A stretch of DNA of 64,000 nt from a virus (taxonomy: Duplodnaviria > Caudoviricetes). The notes under the pieces are model-generated. The model was not told the origin of the DNA and searched no databases. It saw only the letters and a list, made by a program, of their open reading frames with translations. The position numbers and the translations under genes were made by a program. Location: IMG/VR virus record IMGVR_UViG_3300032213_000542, positions 1,966 through 65,965 of that record. One strand, given 5' to 3'. Shown here piece after piece: positions 54,499-62,557 of this stretch (the stretch's first letter is position 1; every line of letters begins with the position of its first letter).

Positions 54499-54750
54499 AT
54501 GGAAACAATGGTCTGGAACCTCATCCTTTCAGCAGGCCTCGGCCTGCTGACGTGGGTATTGAAGGAGAAGTCCAATGAACTCGCTCGCGTCACGATCTTA
54601 CTCAATCGCACAAGAGAAGAAATTGCGAAAGAGTACGTCACCAAAATCGAAGTCCACGCCGACATTAACAGGGTCTTGGACCGGCTTGATCGCTTGGATG
54701 AAAAATTGGACAGACTTATGGAGAAGCGCGGTGCCCTCGGTCAGTCTTAA
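54499..54750 (+). CDS. Small membrane-anchored coiled-coil protein
   Basis: 83 aa, N-terminal TM, 'LLNRTREEIAKEYVTK...RLDEKLDRL'. Confidence 0.65.
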   Translation: METMVWNLILSAGLGLLTWVLKEKSNELARVTILLNRTREEIAKEYVTKIEVHADINRVLDRLDRLDEKLDRLMEKRGALGQS

Positions 54751-55069
54751 ACAAAAAAATTTGATGGATGCAGCGGCGCACAACCCTGCATTTGCCAAAA
54801 AGGTCGGCATCCCTTCAAAGGTTGCCAAAGAGTTCAGTACGGCCAGTAAAGGCCAAAAATTTTCAAAAGGTGGTGATACTATGGCAACAAAGAGCAACGG
54901 CATTATTAAAGCCAAAATGGGCGCAGTTCGTACAGCAGCCCCAAGCAAAGACGGCATCGCATCCAAGGGTAAAACCAAGGGCAAGATGATCACTATGGCC
55001 GGCGGCAAACCTCTGGGCATGAAGGCTGGCGGCATGGCCAAAGGCATGAAGTACGGCGGTAAGTGCTAA
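54731..55069 (+). CDS. Small basic Lys/Gly/Met-rich protein (possible internal start at 54881)
   Basis: GTG 54731 after GGAG; repeated xxGG motifs. Confidence 0.6.
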   Translation: MPSVSLKQKNLMDAAAHNPAFAKKVGIPSKVAKEFSTASKGQKFSKGGDTMATKSNGIIKAKMGAVRTAAPSKDGIASKGKTKGKMITMAGGKPLGMKAGGMAKGMKYGGKC

Positions 55070-55072
55070 ATC

Positions 55073-55351
55073 ATGATGGCCAGCCGCGGTATGGGGGACA
55101 TCTCCCCCTCTAAGATGCCCAAGGGCAAGAAGATTACCCGCAAGGATAATCCGAACGAGGTCGAGATGTTCGCCGAAGGCGGCAAAGTCAATGCTGCCGG
55201 TAATTACACCAAACCCTCTCTTCGCAAGAAGATTGTGTCTCAGGTGAAAGCCGCGGCAACTCACGGCACTGGCGCAGGTCAGTGGTCTGCCCGTAAAAGC
55301 CAGCTTGTAGCTAAAAAATACAAAGCATCTGGTGGTGGATATCGTGACTAA
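55073..55351 (+). CDS. Small basic protein (DUF5872-like N-half)
   Basis: 'NYTKPSLRKKI...GQWSARKSQLVAKKYKASGGGY'. Confidence 0.65.
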   Translation: MMASRGMGDISPSKMPKGKKITRKDNPNEVEMFAEGGKVNAAGNYTKPSLRKKIVSQVKAAATHGTGAGQWSARKSQLVAKKYKASGGGYRD

Positions 55352-55802
55352 AGTTTGTACACAGTGCGCAGTGGATAAACCGTTGACTGACTTTTTCAGT
55401 CGCGGGGGAAAACTCGCGCATTTGTATAAATCAAAGTGCAAGCTCTGTATGCAGGCGCAGCGTCAGGAGTGGGCGGTACAAAACAAAGACCACCTAAATG
55501 ACTGGCGTAGAAAAAATTGGGTGACGGCAGATCGTCGATTAAAACGTCGGGGGGCCACCCAAAAACTATATGACGAGCTTTACGAGGCTCAACGTGGGTG
55601 TTGCGCAATCTGCTCTGAGCCTGAAGAAAAGTTTAGCTGGCTATGTATTGACCACGACCACACCACTGGTAGGATACGTGGCTTGCTCTGCCCTAACTGC
55701 AATCGTGGGATTGGTTTGTTGAAAGACAGCGCTGAGCTGTTACAAAAAGCTCAACATTACTTAGAATCTGCTAAGGTAGAAGGGGTAGAACATGTCTCTT
55801 AA
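55344..55802 (+). CDS. Endonuclease VII-like homing endonuclease
   Basis: 'Q.GCCAIC...LCIDHDHTTGRIRGLLCPNCNRGIG..KDS' EndoVII signature; N-terminal CxxC..C..C; overlaps both neighbours. Confidence 0.9.
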   Translation: MTKVCTQCAVDKPLTDFFSRGGKLAHLYKSKCKLCMQAQRQEWAVQNKDHLNDWRRKNWVTADRRLKRRGATQKLYDELYEAQRGCCAICSEPEEKFSWLCIDHDHTTGRIRGLLCPNCNRGIGLLKDSAELLQKAQHYLESAKVEGVEHVS

Positions 55803-56031
55803 AGCGCCGCAGAAATCCCTGAAGGATTGGGGCGACCAGAAATGGAGAACCAAAAGTGGAAAACCGTCTAGCAAAACAGGTGAAAGATACCTTCCTGAAG
55901 CTGCGATCAAAAGCCTCAGCCCTGCTGAGTACGCTGCAACAACGCGTGCGAAACGCGCTGGCAAAAAAGCCGGAAAACAATTCGTAGCCCAACCAAAAAC
56001 CGTGGCAAAGAAAACAGCGAGGTTCAGATAA
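55792..56031 (+). CDS. Small basic protein (DUF5872-like C-half)
   Basis: 'SLKDWGDQKWRTKSGKPS...GERYLP..AIKSLS..EYAATTRAKR'. Confidence 0.65.
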   Translation: MSLKAPQKSLKDWGDQKWRTKSGKPSSKTGERYLPEAAIKSLSPAEYAATTRAKRAGKKAGKQFVAQPKTVAKKTARFR

Positions 56032-56285
56032 TGGCTAAGTCACCAGCATGGCAACGTAAAGAAGGTAAGTCCGAAAAGGGCGGTTTGAACGCCAAAGGAC
56101 GTGCGTCTTACAACAAGGCAAACCCCGGCAAGCCCGGTCTGAAGGCTCCACAGCCTGAAGGCGGACCCCGTAAAAAGTCCTTCTGTGCCCGTATGTCTGG
56201 CATGAAGGCCAAGCTGACTTCTGAGAAGACAGCCAAAGACCCGAACTCTCGGATCAACAAATCTTTAAGAGCTTGGAAATGCTAA
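56031..56285 (+). CDS. Small basic protein (DUF6321-like)
   Basis: 'GGLNAKGRAS...RKKSFCARM...SRINKSLRAWKC'. Confidence 0.65.
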   Translation: MAKSPAWQRKEGKSEKGGLNAKGRASYNKANPGKPGLKAPQPEGGPRKKSFCARMSGMKAKLTSEKTAKDPNSRINKSLRAWKC

Positions 56286-57209
56286 ATGGCAAACACCTCT
56301 GGATCAACAGGTTTTAACCTAGACCTCACCGAGCTGGTAGAGGAAGCGTTTGAGCGCGTCGGTTCAGAGATGCGCACAGGCTACGACCTGCGCACAGCGC
56401 GTCGGTCTTTGAATCTTTTGTTCGCCGATTGGGCCAACCGCGGCGTTAACATGTGGACGTTTGAGCAAGGCACAATTGATTTGGTTGCTGGCCAGAACAC
56501 CTATGCACTGCCAAATGACACTGTGGATTTGCTTGAACATGTGATCCGCACGCAGGCTAACCAGACAGCCAACCAAGCTGACCTGACTATCACGCGTATT
56601 AGCGTTTCTACCTACGCTACGCTCCCAAACAAACTGCAACAAGCCCGTCCAATCCAAGTATGGGTGCAGCGTCTGGACGGTCAACAATCAGCTAACGGGG
56701 GCACACTTGCAACAACAATCACATCGACAAATACCACGGTTACTGTTACCGACGCCTCTGGACTACCGTCAACCGGTTTTATCAAGATTGACAACGAGTA
56801 CATCCAGTACGGTTACATCACGGGCAACACTTTGTACAACTGTTTCCGTGGACAGAACAACTCAACCGCAGCCGCACACACCTCCGGTGCAACCGTCTAC
56901 TGGGCCAAACTCCCAGCAATAACCGTGTGGCCAACCCCTGACAACGCACAGCAGTATCAGTTCGTGTATTGGCGTATGCGTCGCGTGCAGGATGCTGGCG
57001 GCGGTGTGAACGTCATGGACGTGCCCTTCCGCTTTGTGCCTTGCATGACCGCAGGTCTGTCGTACTACTTGGCGCTCAAAGTCCCCGGTGGGCTTGACCG
57101 CTTACAAGTGCTTAAACAGCAGTACGACGAGGCTTGGGAGATTGCCGCAGGCGAGGACCAAGAGAAAGCCGCAGTACGATTTGTGCCGCGTCAACAGTTC
57201 ATTGGCTAA
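56286..57209 (+). CDS. Putative head-tail adaptor / tail tubular protein
   Basis: 307 aa 'EEAFER.G...GYDLRTARRSLNLL..DWANRG...WPTPD...LKQQYDE'; internal beta insertion. Confidence 0.6.
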   Translation: MANTSGSTGFNLDLTELVEEAFERVGSEMRTGYDLRTARRSLNLLFADWANRGVNMWTFEQGTIDLVAGQNTYALPNDTVDLLEHVIRTQANQTANQADLTITRISVSTYATLPNKLQQARPIQVWVQRLDGQQSANGGTLATTITSTNTTVTVTDASGLPSTGFIKIDNEYIQYGYITGNTLYNCFRGQNNSTAAAHTSGATVYWAKLPAITVWPTPDNAQQYQFVYWRMRRVQDAGGGVNVMDVPFRFVPCMTAGLSYYLALKVPGGLDRLQVLKQQYDEAWEIAAGEDQEKAAVRFVPRQQFIG

Positions 57210-57213
57210 GCGT

Positions 57214-57672
57214 ATGAAAGACGAGCTTTTTCTAGCATGGGCGGCAGGTTTTTTTGACGGTGAAGGGTGCGTCCTTGTTTCTGAGCGAAAAAATCAAACT
57301 ATTTATCAACTTTTTGTAAGCGTCACTCAACAAGACCCGACCGCTTTACATCTTTTAAAACAACGTTTTGGTGGAAACGTGACCCCCGATAAAACGGCAG
57401 TGATTGGGTACGAGCGTAAACGCGGCGCGGTATTGTGTTGGCGTTGGAAATCAACAAGCAGTGTTGCGCATGACTTTTTAAAAGCAATCGAACCATACGT
57501 TGTGGTTAAAGCGGAACAAGTTCGAGTTGCATTGGCTTGGCCTACCCCCGGAAAAAAGTACAACGGTGTTGGGATGCCAGAAGAAATTCGAATTGCGCGA
57601 CGTAAAATCATGCACGACTTACGAGCATTACGGCAGGCACACAAGGTGTTTTTGGAGGTTGCACATGGGTAA
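57214..57672 (+). CDS. Single-motif LAGLIDADG homing endonuclease
   Basis: 'LAWAAGFFDGEGC', 'VTQQD', 'FGG', 'PYVVVKAEQ'; AT-richer than flanks. Confidence 0.88.
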   Translation: MKDELFLAWAAGFFDGEGCVLVSERKNQTIYQLFVSVTQQDPTALHLLKQRFGGNVTPDKTAVIGYERKRGAVLCWRWKSTSSVAHDFLKAIEPYVVVKAEQVRVALAWPTPGKKYNGVGMPEEIRIARRKIMHDLRALRQAHKVFLEVAHG

Positions 57673-58054
57673 CCGTTTTTCGTCCGGTAAGTATTCGATT
57701 GCGGAATGTGATCGTTGCGGGATGAGATTTAAACTGACAGACTTACGTCGTGAGGTCGTCAAGACCAAGAACTACGAGCTGCTGGTATGCGGCCCTTGCT
57801 GGGACCCTGACCACCCTCAGTTGCAACTGGGTATGTATCCGGTTGATGACCCTCAAGGCGTGCGTAACCCACGTCCTGATCGCAGCTACATAGCTTCTGG
57901 TTTGTTGGTGGACGGTCTTCCCGGTGAAGGCAGTAGAAACCTACAATGGGGCTGGGCACCGGTTGGCGGTGCTAGCTTTTTTGATGACGCCCTCACGCCA
58001 AACAACTTGGCATTGAGCGTAGAAATTGGTACAGTCAGTATCGTAACGACGTAA
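57665..58054 (+). CDS. Conserved Zn-ribbon phage protein
   Basis: 'ECDRCG...LVCGPCWDPDHPQL...NPRPD'; GGAGG RBS. Confidence 0.7.
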   Translation: MGNRFSSGKYSIAECDRCGMRFKLTDLRREVVKTKNYELLVCGPCWDPDHPQLQLGMYPVDDPQGVRNPRPDRSYIASGLLVDGLPGEGSRNLQWGWAPVGGASFFDDALTPNNLALSVEIGTVSIVTT

Positions 58055-58064
58055 GGAGTCCCTC

Positions 58065-58256
58065 ATGGACAAGAAAGACTTAGCTCAGGACAAAAAGATG
58101 ATCAAGACCGCTGTGGGCAAGCATGAGAAACACATGCACCCCGGCAAGACACCTACCAAGCTGCGTGCTGGTGGCAAGACCAACAGCGACATGCTCAAGA
58201 TGGGTCGTGGTCTGGCCAAGATTGCAAACCAAAAGTCCGCTGGACGTAAAGGCTAA
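58065..58256 (+). CDS. Small basic protein
   Basis: 63 aa, AAGGAG RBS, 'HEKHMH', 'LRAGGKT'. Confidence 0.65.
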   Translation: MDKKDLAQDKKMIKTAVGKHEKHMHPGKTPTKLRAGGKTNSDMLKMGRGLAKIANQKSAGRKG

Positions 58257-58258
58257 TC

Positions 58259-58504
58259 ATGGCAAAGATTAACAACAAACCTGCTTCGGCTTACGCCAAG
58301 CCTCACACAATGTCCGGCAAAACCGTGACTGCAAAAAGTGTTGCGGCTGGCGAGAGCGACAACAAGAAGTACATGCGCGAGATGAACGTCTCGGTGGCCA
58401 ACAGCCACAGCAATGACTACAAGGGCACTAAGACTGACGGCATCAAAATCCGTGGTACTGGTGCAGCTACTAAGGGCGTGATGGCCCGTGGACCAATGGC
58501 CTAA
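58259..58504 (+). CDS. Small basic protein
   Basis: 81 aa ending 'IRGTGAATKGVMARGPMA'. Confidence 0.65.
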   Translation: MAKINNKPASAYAKPHTMSGKTVTAKSVAAGESDNKKYMREMNVSVANSHSNDYKGTKTDGIKIRGTGAATKGVMARGPMA

Positions 58505-58506
58505 AC

Positions 58507-59178
58507 ATGAACTACACTGAGCTTGTAACTGCCGTTTCCTCCTACACGGAGAACACGTTTCCCACTGCGGATATGAACACATTCATTGAGCAGGCGGAGC
58601 AGCGCATCTACAACTCGGTGCAGTTTCCATCGTTGCGTAAAAACGTAACAGGCACAACGTCAGCAAACAACAAATACCTGTCTTGCCCCGATGACTTCTT
58701 GGCCGCGTACTCGATGGCGGTTATTGATGCAACTGGCGCATACGAGTACTTGCTGAACAAGGATGTGAACTTTATCCGTCAGGCGTACCCACAGCCAACA
58801 GACACAGCCATCCCCAAGTACTACGCGCTGTTTGGCCCAACCACAGTGTCAGGCACGCCGCCTACATTGACAAACGAGCTGTCGTTTATTTTGGGTCCTA
58901 CACCCGATGCGCTGTACTACGTAGAGCTGCACTACTATTACTACCCAGAGTCCATCGTAACTGCTAACACAACGTGGCTTGGCGATAACTTTGATTCTGT
59001 TTTGTTGTACGGAACATTGGTTGAGGCCTACACATACATGAAGGGTGAAGCCGACATGATGGCCTTGTACAACGCAAAGTACCAAGAAGCGCTTGGTTTG
59101 GCTAAACGTCTGGGCGATGGTCTGGAGCGTGGCGATGCGTATCGTGACGGCCAGACAAAGATTAAGGTCACTACATGA
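58507..59178 (+). CDS. Putative head-tail adaptor protein
   Basis: 223 aa 'FIEQAEQRI...PKYYA...GPTPD...TWL...LLYGTLVEAY..MKGE'. Confidence 0.6.
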   Translation: MNYTELVTAVSSYTENTFPTADMNTFIEQAEQRIYNSVQFPSLRKNVTGTTSANNKYLSCPDDFLAAYSMAVIDATGAYEYLLNKDVNFIRQAYPQPTDTAIPKYYALFGPTTVSGTPPTLTNELSFILGPTPDALYYVELHYYYYPESIVTANTTWLGDNFDSVLLYGTLVEAYTYMKGEADMMALYNAKYQEALGLAKRLGDGLERGDAYRDGQTKIKVTT

Positions 59179-59603
59179 CAATCGCTCAAGGCGCGACAAA
59201 CACATTCAAGGTTGGACTGCCATCGGGTACGTTCAACTTTAGCTCGGGCTCGTTTAAAATTGCGCTGTACACCGGCGCAGCGTCAATTGGCCCAGATACA
59301 ACTGCGTACACCACAGACGGCGAAGTGGTGGCTTCAGGATATACCGCTGGTGGCAATGCACTCACAGTCACGCAAGTACCTACAATTGGCAGTCAGTCGG
59401 GCAACGCAACGGCGTATCTGTCGTTCAGTAATGTGACTTGGACTTCTGCTTTAACCGCACGCGGCGCTTTGATTTATCAGGTGGGTGGGGGTAACCCTTC
59501 TGTCTGTGTGCTGGACTTCGGTGCAGACAAGACTTCGACCACAACTTTTACGGTGCAGTTCCCTGCTGCCACTGACACAGCGGCTATCATCCGCATCGCA
59601 TAA
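59175..59603 (+). CDS. Putative tail protein
   Basis: 142 aa 'FKIALYT...GYTAGG...ARGALIY...VLDFGADK'. Confidence 0.65.
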   Translation: MTIAQGATNTFKVGLPSGTFNFSSGSFKIALYTGAASIGPDTTAYTTDGEVVASGYTAGGNALTVTQVPTIGSQSGNATAYLSFSNVTWTSALTARGALIYQVGGGNPSVCVLDFGADKTSTTTFTVQFPAATDTAAIIRIA

Positions 59604-59612
59604 GGAAAAAAC

Positions 59613-60131
59613 ATGTTGACCAATAAAGCAAAAGCCGGTGGTGTTTACACGATTGAGTGCCGCGATGAGCAGGGTAACCTGAAGTGGTCGCAAGCAACAC
59701 CTAACCTCGTCGTAAACCAAGGTTTGCAGACGATGAACGCCACGTACTTTGCCAGCGCGGTGCAGGTTACGACTTGGTATGTTGGTTTGATTACTGGCCC
59801 CGGCTCAAGCACCACGATTGCTGCTGGTGACACGTTGGCTTCTCACGCAGGCTGGACTGAATTTACAAACTACACAGGCAACCGTAAAGCGGCTGTATTT
59901 GCTACGGCGACGACAGCAGACCCATCGGTGGTTACAAACTCAGCGTCTCCTGCATCGTTCATCATTAGCGGTGGCGGCGGTACGGTGGCTGGTGCTTTCT
60001 TGTGTGCCGCGGCTACCGGCACATCTGGTACGCTGTTCTCAGCTTCTGACTTCCAATCTCCCGGCGACCGCGTGGTTGTTGCTGGTGACACTTTAAACGT
60101 TACGTACACATTCAGCCTCGATGCGGCATAA
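59613..60131 (+). CDS. Putative tail protein
   Basis: 172 aa 'NLVVNQG...WYVGL...HAGWTE...GDTLNVTYTF'. Confidence 0.65.
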   Translation: MLTNKAKAGGVYTIECRDEQGNLKWSQATPNLVVNQGLQTMNATYFASAVQVTTWYVGLITGPGSSTTIAAGDTLASHAGWTEFTNYTGNRKAAVFATATTADPSVVTNSASPASFIISGGGGTVAGAFLCAAATGTSGTLFSASDFQSPGDRVVVAGDTLNVTYTFSLDAA

Positions 60132-60142
60132 GGAGGGGCTAA

Positions 60143-62557
60143 ATGGCTCTAGTTCTTGCGGATCGGGTACGAGAGACCACGACAACCGTTGGCACGGGTA
60201 GTGTCACCCTTGCTGGAGCTTTAACCGGGTTCCAGACGTTTTCTGCGGCTGTAGGTAACAGCAACACCACGTACTACGTCATTGCTGGTCAAGGCACTTC
60301 CGAGTGGGAAGTAGGTATTGGTACGTACACGTCCGCAGGCAACACACTCAGCCGCGACACAGTTTTATCGTCTTCAAACGGCGGCTCGCTGGTTAACTTC
60401 TCTGCTGGCACAAAAGACACATGGGTTGACTACGCCGCAGGTAAAGCTGTAACAACTGACACATTGGCCTACCCACCTGCCATCGGTGGAACAACCCCTG
60501 CTGCTGGTACGTTTACTACGTTGACTGCTCAGACAGAAGTACTGAAGGGTACTGGGCAGAACTATTTACTTCAATCGCAAGCGTTAGCAACTTCGCCTTG
60601 GAGCGCGGCAGGAGCTGGTGTTGTAACAAACAACGTAACGACAGCACCAGACGGAACAACAACTGCTGCAAAAATATCTGAAACAGCGGTTACAAACTTT
60701 TTTGCCGCGTCACAAAATCCAAGTTCATCTACCGTGACTTTGGCTGGTAGTCGAATGACGTTTTCGTTTTACGCAAAATCTGCTGAACGAACACAAATTA
60801 GCGTTTCATTTACTGTTAGCGTGGCTACGGTATTTTTTGATTTATCTGCTGGTACTGTTGTATCTAGTAGCGGTTCAAACTATGTTTCTTCTTCTATTAC
60901 CAGCGTTGGAAGTGGCTGGTATCGTTGCAGCGTTGTCTTTACTGCATCTGGAAGTTCCAACCCGTTCTATTTTATTTTAGGCCCAGCAGTTGGAGGAACA
61001 GGCACTTACGCAGGAACTCTTGGCTCTGGTGTATACGCTTGGGGAACTCAATTAGAGATTGGCTCTACAGCCAACACCTACGTCCCAACAACCACAACAG
61101 CAGTCTACGGAACTCCAACGCTGTCGTTCTCAGGCGTAGCAGGACTAGGCTTACAGTCAGATGGTTCTCTGTATGTCTCCCCTGCTGGTACTGGAGCTTT
61201 ACAAGCACAGGCTACTACATCATCCACAGTTGGTGGTAACGCTCGCGGGGCTAACGCTGTTGATTGGCAGACTGCAAGAAGTTCTGCTTCACAAGTAGCA
61301 AACGGAACACTGAGTTTTATTGGTGGGGGCTATGGAAACACAGCGTCTCAATACAACTCAACCGTTGTTGGTGGGTATCAAAACAACGTTTCACAAGTTG
61401 CTTCGTTTATTGGCGCTGGTTCTTCAAACACAGCAAGTGGTTCTTATGGAGCGATTGTTTCTGGTGTAGGTAATACAACCGCTGGCTACATGAATTTTAT
61501 TGGCGGCGGTTTTACGAATTCAGGAACATCTGGTTCTGCCGTGACTACGCAGTCAGGCACGATGAATGGAACTACAGCCGTTACATTATCTGGAAGCAAT
61601 GCCAACATTAAGACTGGCCAGCTTGTTACTGGCACTTCAATTGCTTCTGACACTTATGTATCTGGAATCAGCGGCACATCACTCACCCTGTCTAAGAACG
61701 CAAGCGGTTCATCCACAAGCACACTCAGCTTCTTCACACCCCACGGTGTCGTTGTAGGCGGTGGCAATAACCAAGCAACTGGTTCGTATTCATTTATTGG
61801 CGGAGGCGGAGATGCTGGTACTGCTGCTAACCGAAATGTGGCTTCTGGTGATTGGTCGTTTGTTGGTGGTGGTATTAGGAACCAAGCAACAGGATATGGC
61901 TCTGTCATTGTCGGCGGTGGCGGCTATGCTGGCGTAGTTATTCAAAATAACTCAACTGGTTCTTCTTCTTTTATTGGCGCAGGTTTTGGTAATAACAACT
62001 CTGCTTTTGCTGGCTTTCTGGGTGCAGGTTACGGAAACACGGTCAATAGCCAGTACGGTGTAATTTCTGGTGGAAGTTTTGGTTCGACTCGTTCGATTGC
62101 TGGGTATCAAGCATTTCCAGCCAACAATACTCCAATTTCTCAATCTACTGGGATTACTCAAGCTGGTTTACTTGTTTTGGCAGTTCAAACCACAGACGCA
62201 ACTGCGACTGTATTACGTTCAGATTCAAGTGCCGCCTCTACAACAAACCAAGTCATCCTTCCAAACAACGCTGCTTACCACTTCAAAGGTTCGGTCATTG
62301 CAAACGTAACAGGAGCAGCAAACGGTGCTGCATGGAGCTTTGAAGGCGCGATCATGCGCGGGGCTAACGCTGCATCTACCGTGCTAATCAACACGCCTTC
62401 GATCAACAGAATCGCAGCCTCATCTGGCGCAACTGCATGGACGATTGCCCTGACCGCTGACACAACAAACGGTGGCCTAACTGTTACAGCGACAGGCGCT
62501 GCGGCAACGACAATACGATGGGTGGCAAAACTTGAAACAACCGAGGTGACCTTCTAA
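60143..62557 (+). CDS. Tail fibre / receptor-binding protein
   Basis: 804 aa; 'LADRVRETTTT.GTG' anchor, carbohydrate-binding-like middle, (S-F-I-G-G-G-x-x-N) beta-helix repeats. Confidence 0.8.
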   Translation: MALVLADRVRETTTTVGTGSVTLAGALTGFQTFSAAVGNSNTTYYVIAGQGTSEWEVGIGTYTSAGNTLSRDTVLSSSNGGSLVNFSAGTKDTWVDYAAGKAVTTDTLAYPPAIGGTTPAAGTFTTLTAQTEVLKGTGQNYLLQSQALATSPWSAAGAGVVTNNVTTAPDGTTTAAKISETAVTNFFAASQNPSSSTVTLAGSRMTFSFYAKSAERTQISVSFTVSVATVFFDLSAGTVVSSSGSNYVSSSITSVGSGWYRCSVVFTASGSSNPFYFILGPAVGGTGTYAGTLGSGVYAWGTQLEIGSTANTYVPTTTTAVYGTPTLSFSGVAGLGLQSDGSLYVSPAGTGALQAQATTSSTVGGNARGANAVDWQTARSSASQVANGTLSFIGGGYGNTASQYNSTVVGGYQNNVSQVASFIGAGSSNTASGSYGAIVSGVGNTTAGYMNFIGGGFTNSGTSGSAVTTQSGTMNGTTAVTLSGSNANIKTGQLVTGTSIASDTYVSGISGTSLTLSKNASGSSTSTLSFFTPHGVVVGGGNNQATGSYSFIGGGGDAGTAANRNVASGDWSFVGGGIRNQATGYGSVIVGGGGYAGVVIQNNSTGSSSFIGAGFGNNNSAFAGFLGAGYGNTVNSQYGVISGGSFGSTRSIAGYQAFPANNTPISQSTGITQAGLLVLAVQTTDATATVLRSDSSAASTTNQVILPNNAAYHFKGSVIANVTGAANGAAWSFEGAIMRGANAASTVLINTPSINRIAASSGATAWTIALTADTTNGGLTVTATGAAATTIRWVAKLETTEVTF

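Noticed and set aside
55093-55108. GGGGGACATCTCCCCC resembling the family A palindrome
   Set aside because: Inside a CDS (M-G-D-I-S-P), spacing differs from consensus, far from the other copies; probably coincidental
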